Of a stretch of DNA of 64,000 nt, positions 26,792 through 35,829 are shown piece by piece. The stretch lies in IMG/VR virus record IMGVR_UViG_3300037010_002844, positions 1-64,000 of that record; one strand, written 5' to 3'. How positions within the stretch are numbered: the stretch's first letter is position 1; each line of letters starts with the position of its first letter. The notes beneath the pieces are model-generated. The model saw only the letters and a program-made list of their open reading frames with translations, was not told the DNA's origin and did no database searches. The position numbers and the translations under genes were made by a program. This stretch comes from a virus.

Positions 26792-27000
26792 CGACCCTCC
26801 ACCTGCTTAGCGTTGTGATCATTGACGACGAGGAGCGCATCGGCAAGGTGGACCTTGAAACCGACGCGATCATCCTCGTGCCACATCACAAGCCACTCGC
26901 CTTCCCTGATTTGACCGATAACCAGACCGAACTGTTGAGCGTCAACGCCCCAGCGTATCCTACGCACCACTAGCTCGCCCGATTGCAGGCCGCTACCCAC
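26773..27000 (-). CDS. small SH3/KOW-like family protein
   Basis: LQSGELVVRRIRWGVDAQQFGLVIGQI. Confidence 0.35.
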   Translation of the reverse strand: MGSGLQSGELVVRRIRWGVDAQQFGLVIGQIREGEWLVMWHEDDRVGFKVHLADALLVVNDHNAKQVEGRWHLAT

Positions 27001-27021
27001 AAATATAAATATCGTCTTGAT

Positions 27022-27405
27022 TCAATGATCGTCTGCGGGCATGCGTTGCTTGAACGTCGTCACCATCTCCATTGTGTCCTTGACGGCCCGATCGTGCAAC
27101 AGCTTGGAACCCGAGCTCGCCAGCGCTGTGATTGCTGACATAAACAACTGCAGGCCCGCGGTGCAGACCAGGATAGTACCCGCGGCCACGTGGAATAGCG
27201 CTAGGACCAGCGCCAAGACCATGGTGAAGACCAGCATGGAAACTCGGCTGTTGCTGGCGCTAGCTGCGGTCACCCAGGCCATCGCTGCCTTCTCGAGGAC
27301 GATCATCTGCAACGTGAAGTTGATCTTCTGCTTGTCGCTGACCGTCTCCCAATCAACGTTTTCCAGCTTCTTCGCGAGTTGTTCCTTGGCCTCTTCCACC
27401 TTCAT
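27022..27405 (-). CDS. membrane protein translationally coupled to groEL (127 aa)
   Basis: Two predicted TM helices (AAMAWVTAASA..., VFTMVLALVLALFHVAAGTILVCTAGL) and an N-terminal coiled coil. Its ATG overlaps the groEL stop (ATGA). Confidence 0.45.
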   Translation of the reverse strand: MKVEEAKEQLAKKLENVDWETVSDKQKINFTLQMIVLEKAAMAWVTAASASNSRVSMLVFTMVLALVLALFHVAAGTILVCTAGLQLFMSAITALASSGSKLLHDRAVKDTMEMVTTFKQRMPADDH

Positions 27406-29009
27406 TCCTTCTTCTCCTCTTCCTCGACCACAACCGCATCGAGCGACAGGAACGTCACCGCGACGGAGACGGCGTTCTTCAGGGCGGTGCGAGTCACCTT
27501 GACGGGATCCACGACGCCAGCGGCGATTAGGTCCTCGTAGGTCTCCTTAGCTGCGTTGTAGCCCAGGGTGACGTCATTGAGGTGCAACTTGTGCAGCTCA
27601 TTGATGACCACGTCGGGAGAGACGCCCGCGTTGGTGACGATGCGCCGCAGGGGCGCAACACATGCAGCCTGCACCACCTTGGCACCGGCGCCGAACGTGG
27701 AGACTGGAATCTGCTGGCTCGCAGCCGCCAGTGCCATGCCGCCGCCGGGAACGATGCCCTCTTCTGCGGCAGCCTTCGTGGCATTGAGAGCGTCTTCAAT
27801 GCGGTACTTGCGTTCCACCATCTCGACTTCCGTCGCGCCACCGACGCGGATGATGGCGACGCCGCTCGCCAACTTGGCGATTCGCATCTTCAGCTTGGTG
27901 ACCTCATCCTGCGTCTTGGTGACGTCTTCCACCTGCGATCGCAGGTTGGCCACGTGAGCGTCGACCTCGGGCTTCGTGGTACCGGTGCCGACCAGCGTCG
28001 TGGACTTGGCGTCGACCGTGACACGCTTGATGGTGCCGAGGTCAGCCAACGTCAGTGTCTCGAGCTTCAATCCCTGCGATGCAGAGACGAGCTTTGCGCC
28101 CGTCAGGGTGGCGATGTCCTGCAGTAGCTCGTCGCGGTGCTGCCCATAGCCCGGTGCCTTAACGGCCACAATCGGCAGGTTGCCCTGGACACGGTTGAGA
28201 ACCAGGCCGTGCAGCGCCTCACCTTCCACGTCTTCTGCGATGATCAGCAGTGGCGTCCGCGTCTGGAGAACCTTCTCTAGGATTGGCACTAGGTCCTTCA
28301 ACACGCTGATCTTCTTGTCAGTGACCAGGACTCGGGCGCCCTCGTAGGTCGCCAACATCCTGTCGGGATTGGTGACGAAGTACGGCGATAGGTAGCCGCG
28401 GTCGAACTGCATACCTTCGACGACGTCGAGGCTGGTCGTCATGCCTTTGGCGTCCTCAACAGTGATAATACCGTCCTTACCGACCTTGCTCATGGCCTGA
28501 GCGATCAGTTGCCCGATTTTCTCGTCACCGTTCGCGGAGATAGTGCCAACCTGGGCGATCTCTTCCGCCGTCGTTAGCTGCTTCGCAGCGCGGATCAGCT
28601 CCTCATCGACAGTGGCCCGTGCCAGCTCGATGCCTTCACATAGTTCCTTCGCCGAGAAGCCAGCCTCCAGCAGTTTCAGGCCTTCCCTGACCATGGCGTG
28701 GGTCAACACCGTTGCTGTTGTCGTGCCGTCACCGGCGACCTCGTTGGTCTGCGATGCGGCCTCCCGGATCAGCTCTGCGCCCATCCTCGCGATGGGGTCC
28801 TTCAGCTTGACAGACTTGGAGACCGTGACGCCATCCTTGGTGACAACCGGCGCCTCGCCCTTGCGCTGGATCAGTACCGTTTTGCCCTTCGGGCCCAGCG
28901 TGCAGCTGACGGCCTCCGCGGCGATCTCGAGACCGTTGTAAAGCTTACGGCGGGCCTCGTCCTTGAAAACAACCTTGGTGACTGCGGGAGTGTCGACGTC
29001 TTGAAACAT
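27402..29009 (-). CDS. groEL: chaperonin GroEL (Cpn60), 535 aa
   Basis: Full-length match to GroEL (AAVEEGIVPGGG, DGTTTATVL). C-terminus lacks GGM repeats and ends EEEEKKE. Confidence 0.95.
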   Translation of the reverse strand: MFQDVDTPAVTKVVFKDEARRKLYNGLEIAAEAVSCTLGPKGKTVLIQRKGEAPVVTKDGVTVSKSVKLKDPIARMGAELIREAASQTNEVAGDGTTTATVLTHAMVREGLKLLEAGFSAKELCEGIELARATVDEELIRAAKQLTTAEEIAQVGTISANGDEKIGQLIAQAMSKVGKDGIITVEDAKGMTTSLDVVEGMQFDRGYLSPYFVTNPDRMLATYEGARVLVTDKKISVLKDLVPILEKVLQTRTPLLIIAEDVEGEALHGLVLNRVQGNLPIVAVKAPGYGQHRDELLQDIATLTGAKLVSASQGLKLETLTLADLGTIKRVTVDAKSTTLVGTGTTKPEVDAHVANLRSQVEDVTKTQDEVTKLKMRIAKLASGVAIIRVGGATEVEMVERKYRIEDALNATKAAAEEGIVPGGGMALAAASQQIPVSTFGAGAKVVQAACVAPLRRIVTNAGVSPDVVINELHKLHLNDVTLGYNAAKETYEDLIAAGVVDPVKVTRTALKNAVSVAVTFLSLDAVVVEEEEKKE

Positions 29010-29046
29010 ACAGCCATTCTACCGCGTGGGTAGGGCTCTGTACACA

Positions 29047-29328
29047 TCAACCGTCCTTTGTGACGGGCAACCAGACAGGCTGTCCCTTGCGCCAGGCGAT
29101 GGCGACGAGGCCCTTCTTGTAGTTGGTGATCAACTCCTTCAGGGTTGCCTTCTGTTGCGGGTCCTTGACTTTGTCGGCATAGCGGAGCAGCCGGTGTTCG
29201 GTGTAGTCAATCACCTTGTGCATGATCCCTGCAAAGATTGACTGCTGAGACTTGTGGAGGTGAAACTCCGTGCCTTCAACGTCCACCTTTGTGCCACCGG
29301 GATTACGAGTCGCCATGCTAGCATTCAT
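29047..29328 (-). CDS. small protein in the GroES position, not GroES-like by sequence (93 aa)
   Basis: Sits immediately upstream of groEL where groES normally lies, but shows no GroES signature. Confidence 0.35.
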   Translation of the reverse strand: MNASMATRNPGGTKVDVEGTEFHLHKSQQSIFAGIMHKVIDYTEHRLLRYADKVKDPQQKATLKELITNYKKGLVAIAWRKGQPVWLPVTKDG

Positions 29329-29778
29329 AATTACTTGTCACCTCCCTTTTTGTCTCGCGCTCAGTTTATCCACATTCGCAATGGCGATATTGTCGACTTC
29401 TATGAGTGCCCGTGTCCAGAGTGCACGAATATTCGCCTGTCCGTGATCCTCACGGTGTAGCTTATCACGCGCCCGTGTCGACGCAGGGCCTGAAATGCAA
29501 ATCAGCCCGGTGCCGAAAGACGGCACCGGGCTGATTGATTCGCAGACGACACTGCAAGACACAGTTACTTGTTCACCCTGTGTTGAGCGGGTTCTTGACC
29601 CTAGGCGTCGGCGGTGTGTGGCAAACATGACTTCTCGAGACCATCGTACATAAGTACGTGTCTACGAGACAACGCTTCGGCGGCATGAGCTTTTTCTGCA
29701 TGCCATGAAGGCGCCTCAAATGTTGCATTGTCCTGAACGGGGGCTTGCCATTGTGATCAGCGTGCACCTTGTCGAACT

Positions 29779-31164
29779 TCACTTTCGATCGAAAGAGCGC
29801 TCAACCTCTTCGACCTCATCGTGCGAGACCTTCACGATTTCGACATCCTTGTCGAGGTTGTAGTTGGGATCGGGCGGGTCGGTGTCAGGCCCGTCTTCCT
29901 CGTCATCCTCTTCAATTTCGACCTTCGTCATCTTGAGGTGCTTGCGGGTCAGGCGATGCATCCGCTCGACCTCATCGACATCCTTGTACTTCTCGAGACG
30001 CTTGACGCGGTCGGCCAACTCCTTGGTTGAGGCCTCGGCCTCTTCGGCGCTCATGAAACGTCGGCGCTTGACGTACTCCTGGATGAAGGCGATGGGCCAA
30101 TCCTTGACACTTTTCATGGCGTCCTTCAGTTCGGGACCCAGCACGGCCTCGATGACCTCAGGCTCCATCTCGTTGATCAACAACAGCTCATCGAAGCGAC
30201 CGGGGCGCAGAATCGCCTCGTCCAGCGAGTTGCGGTCGTTGACCGTCGCGATGACCAACTTCACGTGACGTTGGAAGAACTCCAGCGTCTCCAGGAGCTG
30301 CGCCTGAGCGTGAGCCCGATCGAAGTCATCCAAGATGATCGCGTCTGGTTCGAAGATGCTGATGGCCTCGAACAACGTCGAGCTCTCCAGGCCCGCCACA
30401 TCTTCCACGCGGATGCGGAAAGAGCGCATCTTCAGCTCGGTGACGATGGTTCGCGCCATCGTCGACTTGCCGGTTCCCGGCGGCCCGTACAACATGACAG
30501 ACCGCGAGACGTTGGCATCGATGCAGCGCTTCAGATAGGCCGCGTAGTTTGAGGCCCGCCTCGAGGGCATCGAGTGGAAAGCATCGTCCAATTCGAACAA
30601 CACTCGGGATTCATCGTCATGCAGCACCAGACGCTTGTTCTGGCGCATCACCAGGTTAGCGTCCTTGAACTGTTCCCAAAGCAGGCGCTTGATAACGTTG
30701 CGAGCGTCCTGCAACCGCGCGGTCTCGACGTAGATGTTGTCGATGGCCGACAACTTGGTGTTCATGATGTACCCACACTTGATGCCTTCGACATCGACGA
30801 TGCGGATGATGTTGTTCTCGTCTGACGTTCGAATTGTCTCATACGGATACCCGGTGATCACCTTGATGATCGTCTGGTTGAAGTCCCGCGAGTAGGGCAG
30901 GTTCCACTCGTCACCTGCGAAGTAGTCCTCGCTCCACAGCTCAACCTCGTCAACAAACACCTTGCCGATGGCGAAGGCAGCCTTGACGCCGTTCCACCAA
31001 TTGGGCTTCTCGAGGAAGGGCGCGACAGCGGTGAACACCTCGGTTCCCAAGGCGATCGTCTTCTTGACCTTGCTGATGTTGAACGCGGCCTTCAATTCCT
31101 CCACGAGCGTCCTTTCTTTCTCGAGGCTGGGATCACTCGCCGGGACACGGCTCTTCTTACGCAT
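29779..31164 (-). CDS. classical AAA+ ATPase with 200-aa N-terminal domain
   Basis: Walker A LYGPPGTGKST, Walker B IILDDFD, second region of homology ATVNDRNSLDEAILRPGRFD. Confidence 0.8.
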   Translation of the reverse strand: MRKKSRVPASDPSLEKERTLVEELKAAFNISKVKKTIALGTEVFTAVAPFLEKPNWWNGVKAAFAIGKVFVDEVELWSEDYFAGDEWNLPYSRDFNQTIIKVITGYPYETIRTSDENNIIRIVDVEGIKCGYIMNTKLSAIDNIYVETARLQDARNVIKRLLWEQFKDANLVMRQNKRLVLHDDESRVLFELDDAFHSMPSRRASNYAAYLKRCIDANVSRSVMLYGPPGTGKSTMARTIVTELKMRSFRIRVEDVAGLESSTLFEAISIFEPDAIILDDFDRAHAQAQLLETLEFFQRHVKLVIATVNDRNSLDEAILRPGRFDELLLINEMEPEVIEAVLGPELKDAMKSVKDWPIAFIQEYVKRRRFMSAEEAEASTKELADRVKRLEKYKDVDEVERMHRLTRKHLKMTKVEIEEDDEEDGPDTDPPDPNYNLDKDVEIVKVSHDEVEEVERSFDRK

Positions 31165-31327
31165 CCGATTCTCCTGATAGTGTTGCTAGTCGATGACTTC
31201 GATGTCCTCGTCGCCGAGGGAAGCTTCTGTCAGGTCGCTTAGGTCAAGCGACAGCAGGTCTATTGTCATATCCAGGCCTAGCGATTTACAAGGATGACCC
31301 TCACCGTGAAACCACGTGAGATTGCAT

Positions 31328-31615
31328 TCATTCTCGAAAAGGACGACTGCGGACAATCTGGTCCCCAATTATCCCAGTGGCGTGCACGCACAGGGCCTGA
31401 TATGGGTCGTGTTTACAGTTATCGTGGTTGCTAAGCACGGAGTGCAACTTGACCACGATGACCTCTTCGGAATCGTCAGGCTCCATATGCGAGGCCAACG
31501 CCATGGCGTGGTTCGTCTTGAGACGATACTTGTCGCCCGATCTCTCATCGCGGGACGCCACGATCATTGGACTATGCCCACGGCGAAAAGGCCGATGGAC
31601 GATCGTAACGCTCAT
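31328..31615 (-). CDS. hypothetical protein (95 aa)
   Basis: ORF only. Confidence 0.3.
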   Translation of the reverse strand: MSVTIVHRPFRRGHSPMIVASRDERSGDKYRLKTNHAMALASHMEPDDSEEVIVVKLHSVLSNHDNCKHDPYQALCVHATGIIGDQIVRSRPFRE

Positions 31616-31681
31616 CGTGGTTTGCCGCGACGACTAGAGGGTACTTGTGATGTACCAGGTACATCACAATCAAAGTACACA

Positions 31682-32596
31682 TCAGATCTTCAACTCCATC
31701 AAGCGCTTGCCCAAGTCCTGGAGGAAGGGCACACCATACTTCAAGTTGCCTTTCGCCTCGAGATCGTGGACCAAGAACTCAGGCAGCACTTCGTCCTGGT
31801 GACGGGCGCCCGCGATTCCCCATGCGATGGCCGCGACAGAGTCCGTGTCGCCGCCCCACTCGATGACCTGGTCCATGATCTCACGGAGAGAGCGCTTGTG
31901 AATCAACAAGGTGTTGACGGCCCAGGCCGTGTTGATGCCCACGTCGTACGGCGAGTGCTTGACATTGCCTTGAACCGGGCCCTCCCAAGGCACACGGAAT
32001 TTTTCGAACAAGGGTAAGCGGGGTTCCAACCACCCCTGCATTGCAGAAAGTTTGCGATGATCGTAGAGCGCGTAATGCGACATCAGGGCGATTGCCATCG
32101 CCGACTGCACGCCCTCGTAAGAGGCGTGCGTGGTGGTCGCCTGAAACGCTGCGACTGTCAGCAACTTGTCAACGTCTTTGATGACGCCCAAGGGCACGGC
32201 ACGCATGGCCGCGCCATTCTTCGTCGAATTGGGCCGCAATGTGGCGCGGAGCTCGTCAGCTGACTTCACCGACTCTAGGATCGCCTGGAACCCACGGGAA
32301 TACCCATCGCGTGGATCACGCTTGAAGGTGTCGAACCAGGCGGCGACCCAGTCGTTGTAGCTAGCGGACGTTCCCTTGTTGATCAGGGTCTCAGCCACCG
32401 CGATCGACATCTGCGTATCGTCAGTGTACATGCCAGGACGCAGGCCTTGGTGACCCGGGTGCTGCATGTAGCCCTGGAAGGCGCGGATTTCCTTGAACTC
32501 CGGCTCATCGGGATGGAACTTGATGTACTCGAACCCGGCAGCGTAGGCATCGCCCAAAGCGATGTGCAGCAGCATGTTGTCGTTGCGGTATCTCAT
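31682..32596 (-). CDS. ADP-ribosylglycohydrolase family protein
   Basis: MLLHIALGDAYAAGFEYIKF...MYTDDTQMSIAVAETL matches the DraG/ARH N-terminal signature. Start placed at the MRYRNDN internal Met, which is an assumption. Confidence 0.65.
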   Translation of the reverse strand: MRYRNDNMLLHIALGDAYAAGFEYIKFHPDEPEFKEIRAFQGYMQHPGHQGLRPGMYTDDTQMSIAVAETLINKGTSASYNDWVAAWFDTFKRDPRDGYSRGFQAILESVKSADELRATLRPNSTKNGAAMRAVPLGVIKDVDKLLTVAAFQATTTHASYEGVQSAMAIALMSHYALYDHRKLSAMQGWLEPRLPLFEKFRVPWEGPVQGNVKHSPYDVGINTAWAVNTLLIHKRSLREIMDQVIEWGGDTDSVAAIAWGIAGARHQDEVLPEFLVHDLEAKGNLKYGVPFLQDLGKRLMELKI

Positions 32597-32606
32597 GTTA
32601 TTTCTC

Positions 32607-32807
32607 TTATGAAAGCCACCAAATGACCAGCATCGTGAATGCGCAGATGATAGCAATGACCATCACGCCTGAATTGAACTTGCGCTGAAACTCTGCGTCG
32701 GCCTTGCGGTACGCCCGCTTCTGGTCTTTGTTGAGCGTCAGCCACCAACGATGAAATCGTTCGCGGCGTTGCCGATCCTTGCGGTTTCTGCGCATCCAGC
32801 CCAACAT
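32607..32807 (-). CDS. small basic tail-anchored membrane protein
   Basis: GGAGGTG RBS before MLGWMRRNRKDRQRRERF. C-terminal TM VMVIAIICAFTMLVIWWL. The longer ORF 32607..32990 is probably an upstream extension. Confidence 0.4.
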   Translation of the reverse strand: MLGWMRRNRKDRQRRERFHRWWLTLNKDQKRAYRKADAEFQRKFNSGVMVIAIICAFTMLVIWWLS

Positions 32808-33444
32808 TACACCCACCTCCTGTGCGGCCTGCGGAACCTGTCGATTTTGTCGACCAAGACTTGATTCATGATCTCGACCGCGATTCCCAACATGTCTTCC
32901 TCGGACCTTGAACGTCGATTGAACTGTCCATTCTAAGTGATGCTGCCGAGGTCGTCGAGGCCCAAGGATCGCATCTCTGAATCCAACCAATTGCCGATCG
33001 TCACCAGCTCACGGGTCCGCGGGTCACAGGCCCATTGAGCAGGTCGATTGGCGGCGTTGGGCAACGCCGAAATGTTTTGCAGGCATCACAACACATATTC
33101 TTCGGACGCGTGAATGCGCCGCGCTCAAGAGCTGGTCGCTTTCAACGATCGTCTTGATCACACGCTTGTTGCACTGCATCTGCACAGCCAGCTTGGGATC
33201 GGTGCTAAGGATGAAGATGTTCAACAGTTCTTAACTGGTCGCTTGTTGTAGAGGACCACATCCTTCTTGTTCTTGGCGGCCTCGATCAACTTCGGCAGCA
33301 TGCTCTTACGAATCATGATGATATGGCCGTCCTTGACCGTTGAGCACACCACGCCATTGATGTCGTAGACTTCTATCGTGAAGTCGACTGCATCATCCAA
33401 CACTTTTCGTCTTACATGCCGCCATCCTACACCAGATGCGGTGG

Positions 33445-34344
33445 TTACTTCATTCGACCAACAGCACGCAGCAATCGCTTGTTGTAACCGCCAAACGAAC
33501 CCGCGAGCAGGACGCTAGGGTCGACCCAGCGGACAACGCCCGATTCTTCGGTGTCGATTTGGCCCTCAACGCGGCCGGTAAACGTGATAACGTGGTAACC
33601 TCCCTCGTCGACGTCTTCAAAGACTTGATTCAAGTCAGTGATGTGAAGGCCCGTCTCTTCTTCCAGCTCACGGGCCGCTGCAGTCGCTGCGTCCTCGCCT
33701 GGGTCGATCTTGCCACCGGGCAGGCCAAAGTCGCTTGGGTCATTCTTCCCGGAGACTGCGAGGATCTTGCCAGCGCGATTCATCACCAACACACAAGCCG
33801 CACGAGGCAGTGCGGCGGCGTCCTGTTGGACCTTGGCGTCCACGTCAGCCTCATCGTCCAGGATGTTACGATTCTTCTGAGCCAACGTGGCGTCCCCGTA
33901 GCGCAAGTTGCCGGCGACGCCGTCGCGGCCTGCAGTGTTCAACGACTTGAAGCCCGTCAACACTTCGTTGACGAAGACCTTTAGCAGCTCGTGAGACTCT
34001 CGGGCCGGCGTCCTGTAGGGACCCATATCGGGTGACTCTGCGGATTGATCGTCCTGAACGTCAAAGCCTGCTGCGTCGAGGTCGGTGATGAACCGACCAC
34101 GCTCTTCGGGAGTCATCTCCACGAAGATAAAGCGCTCAGTGTCAGCCATGTCATAGGCCCCCGACGACTGACGCCAGGGTTCTTGCGTGGCATTCCACTT
34201 GGCGAGCACCTTGCGTAGCCTCGACCAGTGATCCTGTGACTGCTCAAACGTCCACGTCTTGGACAGGCGGACGTTGCCAGCTCGCCAAGGACCGACCTTC
34301 AATGGCAGAAACTTGCTCATTTCTTCGGTTGTGGGGTTGGACAA
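33445..34344 (-). CDS. Nudix hydrolase with N-terminal extension domain
   Basis: Nudix box GGKIDPGEDAATAAARELEEETGL (GX5EX7REUXEEXGU) in the C-terminal half. Confidence 0.7.
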   Translation of the reverse strand: MSNPTTEEMSKFLPLKVGPWRAGNVRLSKTWTFEQSQDHWSRLRKVLAKWNATQEPWRQSSGAYDMADTERFIFVEMTPEERGRFITDLDAAGFDVQDDQSAESPDMGPYRTPARESHELLKVFVNEVLTGFKSLNTAGRDGVAGNLRYGDATLAQKNRNILDDEADVDAKVQQDAAALPRAACVLVMNRAGKILAVSGKNDPSDFGLPGGKIDPGEDAATAAARELEEETGLHITDLNQVFEDVDEGGYHVITFTGRVEGQIDTEESGVVRWVDPSVLLAGSFGGYNKRLLRAVGRMK

Positions 34345-34685
34345 CTGTCAACCTGGTCGCAGCTGGTGATCTGAGAAACGCAGATGGGATCCAGCCAGAC
34401 ACCTTGGTCCTCTGTATCGCGACAAAACTGCTCGCATGAGGCGTGGCACGTGCCCCCAGAACACGTCTGGCCCGGGCCGCATTCAGCCTGGATGACACAC
34501 GATTTCTTCATGTCGATCGGCTCGCCGTCAGCACAGTGCAACTCCTTGAGCTTGGCACACGCCGGCACGCACTGGTCCTGGTCGGTCACAACTGGCGGCT
34601 GCGAGGTTACGCCGAGGCTCTTGGGACACCCCACAAAAATCGCGGCCAGGAGGACCATGGCCGCAGCACTCAACTTTTTCGTCAT
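34317..34685 (-). CDS. cysteine-rich lipoprotein (122 aa)
   Basis: Signal peptide plus lipobox IFVGC. Thirteen Cys in the mature part. Confidence 0.5.
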   Translation of the reverse strand: MTKKLSAAAMVLLAAIFVGCPKSLGVTSQPPVVTDQDQCVPACAKLKELHCADGEPIDMKKSCVIQAECGPGQTCSGGTCHASCEQFCRDTEDQGVWLDPICVSQITSCDQVDSCPTPQPKK

Positions 34686-35011
34686 TTCTTGTCCCTTCCG
34701 GCAAGGCCACCTGTAAACGCAGAGAACCTGCTGTCGATGAGCCGGTTGAGCTCAGCGCGGGCCCTTGAATCGTCGCCCGTCTTGAAGACGAGCGCGGAAT
34801 ACTGTGCAACCGCGAACGACCTGATGTCGTTCTTTGTCTTTCCTGGCAACAGTCGCCCGCCACGCTCGTAGTCCGCAATCCAGGCATCGGCGACGAGGCG
34901 GGCCTTCGACGACAGCGACGGTCCGCTTCCACGTCGAAGTCGTTTGACAAAATTGCGATCCACACGCAGTTCAACCAACACGGATCTAACGTATTCCTCG
35001 AGCAGCCTCAT
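34682..35011 (-). CDS. hypothetical protein with weak N-terminal motif (109 aa)
   Basis: MRLLEEYVRSVLVELRV is a weaker match to the shared N-terminal motif. Confidence 0.35.
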   Translation of the reverse strand: MRLLEEYVRSVLVELRVDRNFVKRLRRGSGPSLSSKARLVADAWIADYERGGRLLPGKTKNDIRSFAVAQYSALVFKTGDDSRARAELNRLIDSRFSAFTGGLAGRDKK

Positions 35012-35019
35012 GTTCAGCC

Positions 35020-35829
35020 TCAGACCTGTGCATCAGGCGCCGGCGTTCCAGGCAAGTAAGGAACCCAGAAGTCGTTGGCGTTCGAGGCGTCCAAGTACGC
35101 ATAGGGAACGTAGGCATAGCCCTTGTCACCCCACCAGGTACCCCAAGAGTTGCGGACGATCCAGCATTGTTTGTTTTCGTCGTAGCCAACGATGACCTGA
35201 CAGTGACCGCCCGAATTGACCCGCGTGGATTTGGGCATCGGCATGATGCCCCCACGGTAGTCCATGTATTCCTGATCGACCGTCATGCCGAAGACGACCA
35301 CATGGTTGGCCTGCAATGCTCGCTTGATGAAGTCAATCCTCGTCTGACCCGAGCCGCCAATCGAGTAGTAACTGTCGATCTTATTTGGGTAGGCTTCACG
35401 ATACGAGCTCCATGAGGGTCGAATGAAAACCTTGGAGACATCATAAGGCCACTTGGCTTCAGTGCAGGTTCCCAAAGACGACAAGGTGCCAAAGGCCAGG
35501 TGAATGTAGGTGCCGTTGTCCTGGTCCTGTTCCTGCGTCATCAACCTTGAGTTGTAGTAGATGAAGAGGCGGCTGAGATCCGTCAGCTGCTGGCCATTAC
35601 GGATCTGCAGAAACTCGAGGGCGCCGACTGTACCATTGCCCACGCATGAACCTAGGTGACCCTGGTCCTCGACAGGCGAACACCACTTACGTAGGTCCAG
35701 GACGCCGTCGACCTCGGTGGATGCAGGCGAGAACTTGTCGAGGTTCTCATGGAACTGATAGTCCTGGCTGGCGTCGTGGCCGGGAGCTGTGTTATCGGGG
35801 CGCCATCCGCCCAATTTAGGAGTGTACAT
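35020..35829 (-). CDS. papain-like cysteine peptidase (C1 family)
   Basis: Cys motif DQGHLGSCVGNG, and His/Asn region GGHCQVIVGYDE...WIVRNSWGTWWGDKGYAY. Catalytic triad context conserved. Confidence 0.6.
   Translation of the reverse strand: MYTPKLGGWRPDNTAPGHDASQDYQFHENLDKFSPASTEVDGVLDLRKWCSPVEDQGHLGSCVGNGTVGALEFLQIRNGQQLTDLSRLFIYYNSRLMTQEQDQDNGTYIHLAFGTLSSLGTCTEAKWPYDVSKVFIRPSWSSYREAYPNKIDSYYSIGGSGQTRIDFIKRALQANHVVVFGMTVDQEYMDYRGGIMPMPKSTRVNSGGHCQVIVGYDENKQCWIVRNSWGTWWGDKGYAYVPYAYLDASNANDFWVPYLPGTPAPDAQV

Noticed and set aside
27568-29033. Several plus-strand ORFs opposite groEL (27582..28127, 28543..28941, 28698..29033)
   Set aside because: Antisense to the unambiguous GroEL CDS.
29047-29328. 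Calling the ORF upstream of groEL 'groES'
   Set aside because: No similarity to GroES (no mobile-loop GGI(V/I)L, no roof hairpin). Reported only by position as a possible analog.
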